Assembly (NCBI GenBank): GCA_016871615.1
Contig: VHCX01000002.1
Location: 12,935-76,934 of the forward strand
Reading direction: 5' to 3'
DNA length: 64,000 nt
From: Verrucomicrobiota bacterium
GTDB taxonomy: Bacteria; Verrucomicrobiota; Verrucomicrobiia; Limisphaerales; UBA9464
The notes under the pieces were generated by a model. The model was given only the letters and a program-made list of their open reading frames with translations. It did no database searches and was not told the origin of the DNA. The position numbers were made by a program, and so were the translations under genes. Numbering within the stretch: the stretch's first letter is position 1; every line of letters begins with the position of its first letter. This document shows positions 61,536-64,000 of the stretch, in pieces.

Positions 61536-61697
61536 GGGCAGTCAGAGAGGATGCGTCGGAATCAACCAGCCCGCCCCGGGCTTGGAAAGCCCCAACCCCG
61601 GTGGCGATCCGGTCCGGTGCCAGGGCCTCCCGGAGAGAGCCTTTGCAGAATCCTACCCACGGTGGTAGAAGAGCCTCCAATAGGAACCCAAAGCTCC

Positions 61698-63644
61698 ATG
61701 AACGCCCCCCTGTGCCCGTCCCGGTCGACCTGTTGTCTCCTTGCCGTCCTGGCGGGCCGCCTGGGCGCCGATGCGGTCGTCGACGTGCCGGATCCCGCGC
61801 TGCAGGAACCGGTGCGGGCGGCCCTCGAGGCCGAGGGGCGCCGGCAGCGGGCCGAGGCGTCGTCCTGGAAGGTCTTCCACGGGTTCTCCTTCCGGGACCG
61901 CCTGCCCGAGAGCGGCATCACCTTCCGCCAGGTGCCCGTCGATGACGGCGCGCGCGACTACAAGGCCGTGCACTACGACCACGGCACGGCCATCGCGGCC
62001 GGGGATGTCGACGGCGACGGCCGGCCGGACCTCTTCTTCACCAACCAGCGCGGGGGCAACCAGCTCTGGCGCAACCTCGGCGGCGGGCGCTTTGCCGACA
62101 TCACCGCGACGGCCGGTGTGGCGATGGCGGGCAAGGTGAGCGTGGGAGCCTCGTTCGCGGACCTCGACAACGATGGCCGGCCCGACCTCCTGGTGACGAC
62201 GGTGCGCCAGGGGCACGCGCTCTTCCGCAACGAGGGTGGCGGGCGCTTCCGCGACATCACGGCCGAGGCGGGCCTGGCCGGCGGCAAGCCCGCCCACGGC
62301 TCAGGCTCGGTGTTCTTCGACTACGACCGCGACGGGCGGCTTGATCTCTTCGTCTGCCACGTCGGCGTGTACACCCGCAACGAGAAGGGCCGGGCCGGCG
62401 AGTATGTCGGCCGGTCTGACGCCTTCCAGGGCTGGCAGTACCCGGAGCGCAGCGAGACGAGCCTCCTGCTGCGCAACCGGGGTGACGGGCGCTTCGAGGA
62501 CGGCTCGGCCGCCGCCGGCCTGGTCCATCGCGGCTGGAGCGGCGACGCGACCTTCTGCGACCTCGACGCCGACGGGTATCCGGAGCTGTACGTGCTGAGC
62601 ATGTCGGGCGAGGACCGCTACTACGCCCGCCGCGAGGGCGGCCGCTTCGAGGACCGCACGGCGGCCTTCTTCCCGAAGACGCCGTGGGGCTCGATGGGCG
62701 TGAAGTTCTTCGACCAGAACCGCGACGGCCTGATGGATCTCTTCGTGACCGACATGCACTCGGACATGACCACGGCCCAGATCAACGCCGGCGACACCAA
62801 TCTCACCTCGGCCTTCGAGAAGACCAAGAGCGACGCCTGGTGTGCGGCCGAGTGGAAGCCCGAGCAGTTCCGCAAGGCCGCCCGCAGCCTCTTCGGCAAC
62901 GCGTTCTTCCAGAACCAGGGAGCGGGCCAGGCCTTCGCCGAGGTGTCCGCGGCCGTCGGGGCCGAGACCTACTGGCCCTGGGGCGTCAGCGTGGCCGACT
63001 TCAACGCCGACGGCGACGAGGACGTCTTCGTGACGGCCGGCATGGGCTATCCCCTGCGCTACGTCGCCAACTCGCTGTTGCTCAACGACGGAGGCCGGCG
63101 CTTCGTGGAGGCCGGGGCCGTGCTGGGGCTCGAACCGCGCCGGGGCGACCCCGTGCGGCGCGAGGCCTTCGTGCTCGACACGTCCACGGCGGAGGGCCGG
63201 CGCCATGCGCTCGCCAAGGGACGGACCGGCACGGTGCGCGTGAGGGGCACGGCCAGCTCCCGCTCCTCGGTGGCCCTGGACGTGGACGGCGATGGGGACC
63301 TCGACCTGGTGACCAACGAGTGGAACGACGCGCCGCAGGTCCTGCTGAGCGACCTGTCCGAGCGGACCGCGCTGCGCTTCCTCCAGGTGCGGCTGGTGGG
63401 CACGGTGTCCAACCGCGACGGGCTGGGCGCGACGGTGCGGGTCCACTGCGGCCCGCGGGTGCAGACCCGCTTCCACGACGGCAAGGCGGGATACCTCGCC
63501 CAGAGCAGCCTGCCGCTCTACTTCGGGCTGGGGTCGGAGACGGCCGTGGACCGCATCGAGGTGGCTTGGCCCTCGGGTCGGCGGCAGGTCCGCACCGGCC
63601 CCATCCCGCTCAACGGGACGCTGGAGCTGGTGGAGCCGAGGTGA
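61698..63644 (+). CDS. CRTAC1-family protein (FG-GAP/VCBS repeats + ASPIC/UnbV C-terminal domain)
   Basis: Repeated GDVDGDGRPDLFFTN, FADLDNDGRPDLLV, FFDYDRDGRLDLFV, FCDLDADGYPELYV, DVDGDGDLDLVTNEWN. C-terminal NRDGLGATVRV...GYLAQSSLPLYFGLG...VAWPSG is the UnbV/ASPIC block. Start set at ATG 61698. Confidence 0.85.
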   Translation: MNAPLCPSRSTCCLLAVLAGRLGADAVVDVPDPALQEPVRAALEAEGRRQRAEASSWKVFHGFSFRDRLPESGITFRQVPVDDGARDYKAVHYDHGTAIAAGDVDGDGRPDLFFTNQRGGNQLWRNLGGGRFADITATAGVAMAGKVSVGASFADLDNDGRPDLLVTTVRQGHALFRNEGGGRFRDITAEAGLAGGKPAHGSGSVFFDYDRDGRLDLFVCHVGVYTRNEKGRAGEYVGRSDAFQGWQYPERSETSLLLRNRGDGRFEDGSAAAGLVHRGWSGDATFCDLDADGYPELYVLSMSGEDRYYARREGGRFEDRTAAFFPKTPWGSMGVKFFDQNRDGLMDLFVTDMHSDMTTAQINAGDTNLTSAFEKTKSDAWCAAEWKPEQFRKAARSLFGNAFFQNQGAGQAFAEVSAAVGAETYWPWGVSVADFNADGDEDVFVTAGMGYPLRYVANSLLLNDGGRRFVEAGAVLGLEPRRGDPVRREAFVLDTSTAEGRRHALAKGRTGTVRVRGTASSRSSVALDVDGDGDLDLVTNEWNDAPQVLLSDLSERTALRFLQVRLVGTVSNRDGLGATVRVHCGPRVQTRFHDGKAGYLAQSSLPLYFGLGSETAVDRIEVAWPSGRRQVRTGPIPLNGTLELVEPR

Positions 63645-64000
63645 CCGGTGGAGGGGTGGTCGCGCCGGCCGGCGCCCCCGGGGGCGGCCTCGGGGGACGG
63701 TATCCGATGCGGGCGTATTCCGGGGCCTGGGGCACCCAGTCGGCGTCGAAGCGCGGGTCGGGGCCGGCAAGCCGGTTGCGTGCCGGGTCGATCACCCGCT
63801 TCAGGTCGTGCACGGCCCCGAGGACCGCGCAGCCCTCCACCCGGGCCCCGGCGTTGACGGCCAGCTCGTAGCGGGCGAAGCCGGGCAGCCCGCCCTCGGC
63901 CCGGTTGGCGTGGAAAAGGCTGTCCAAGTAGACGCTGTCGCCGCCCATGTCGTCCACGCCGTTGCGGTTGCCGGTGAAGGTGCAGTTCTGCACCAGTGCC
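63610..64000 (-). CDS. C-terminal fragment of a probable right-handed beta-helix repeat protein (5' end outside window)
   Basis: The frame is open to the window edge. NCTFTGNRNGVDDMGGDSVYLDSLFHAN resembles parallel beta-helix repeat turns, and the tail is Pro-rich. It overlaps the converging CRTAC1 gene by 35 nt. Weak call. Confidence 0.35.
   Translation of the reverse strand, partial: ALVQNCTFTGNRNGVDDMGGDSVYLDSLFHANRAEGGLPGFARYELAVNAGARVEGCAVLGAVHDLKRVIDPARNRLAGPDPRFDADWVPQAPEYARIGYRPPRPPPGAPAGATTPPPVTSAPPAPASR

Noticed and set aside
59208-61697. Upstream 830 codons of the 1478-aa ORF containing the CRTAC1-like gene.
   Set aside because: It is antisense to the dehydrogenase/HEAT/cytochrome c and SGNH-like genes. 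Real coding sequence starts at ATG 61698 with a signal-like N-terminus.

Overview
High-GC bacterial chromosomal segment (about two-thirds G+C by eye, not computed). The gene content fits the PVC superphylum, most likely Verrucomicrobiota: a TAT-signal DUF1501 protein, a PA14/multihaem cytochrome c, a membrane-bound-dehydrogenase/HEAT/cytochrome c protein and a CRTAC1-like FG-GAP protein. I can support about 57 protein-coding genes, one tRNA-Gln(UUG), one TPP riboswitch, two hairpin terminators and several short tandem repeats. Most of the window is housekeeping: lipA, thiC, pyk, family-4 UDG, dnaN, mnmG, apgM, a complete F1Fo operon atpB-E-F-H-A-G-D-C, clpS-X-aat, purS-purQ and efp. The main system is a 12-gene, translationally coupled type II secretion-like locus (26426-38521). 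Its secretin is encoded as two separate ORFs, each with its own signal peptide, split inside the last periplasmic N-domain. All of its pseudopilins carry unusually long Arg-rich leader peptides. Other points worth a second look are a 1136-aa fucokinase-like/UDPGP-pyrophosphorylase fusion, an unknown ORF start/stop-coupled between clpS and aat, an EF-P with Asn at the normally modified loop-tip position, and a 680-bp non-coding stretch with an AT-rich island upstream of mnmG. Perfect 8-14 nt tandem duplications also recur in intergenic spacers. I found no rRNA, CRISPR array, transposase, integrase or recognisable defence genes. Many long ORFs in the supplied track are antisense or alternate-frame artefacts of the high GC content and were not called. 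All family assignments come from reading motifs in the translations; no database search was possible.
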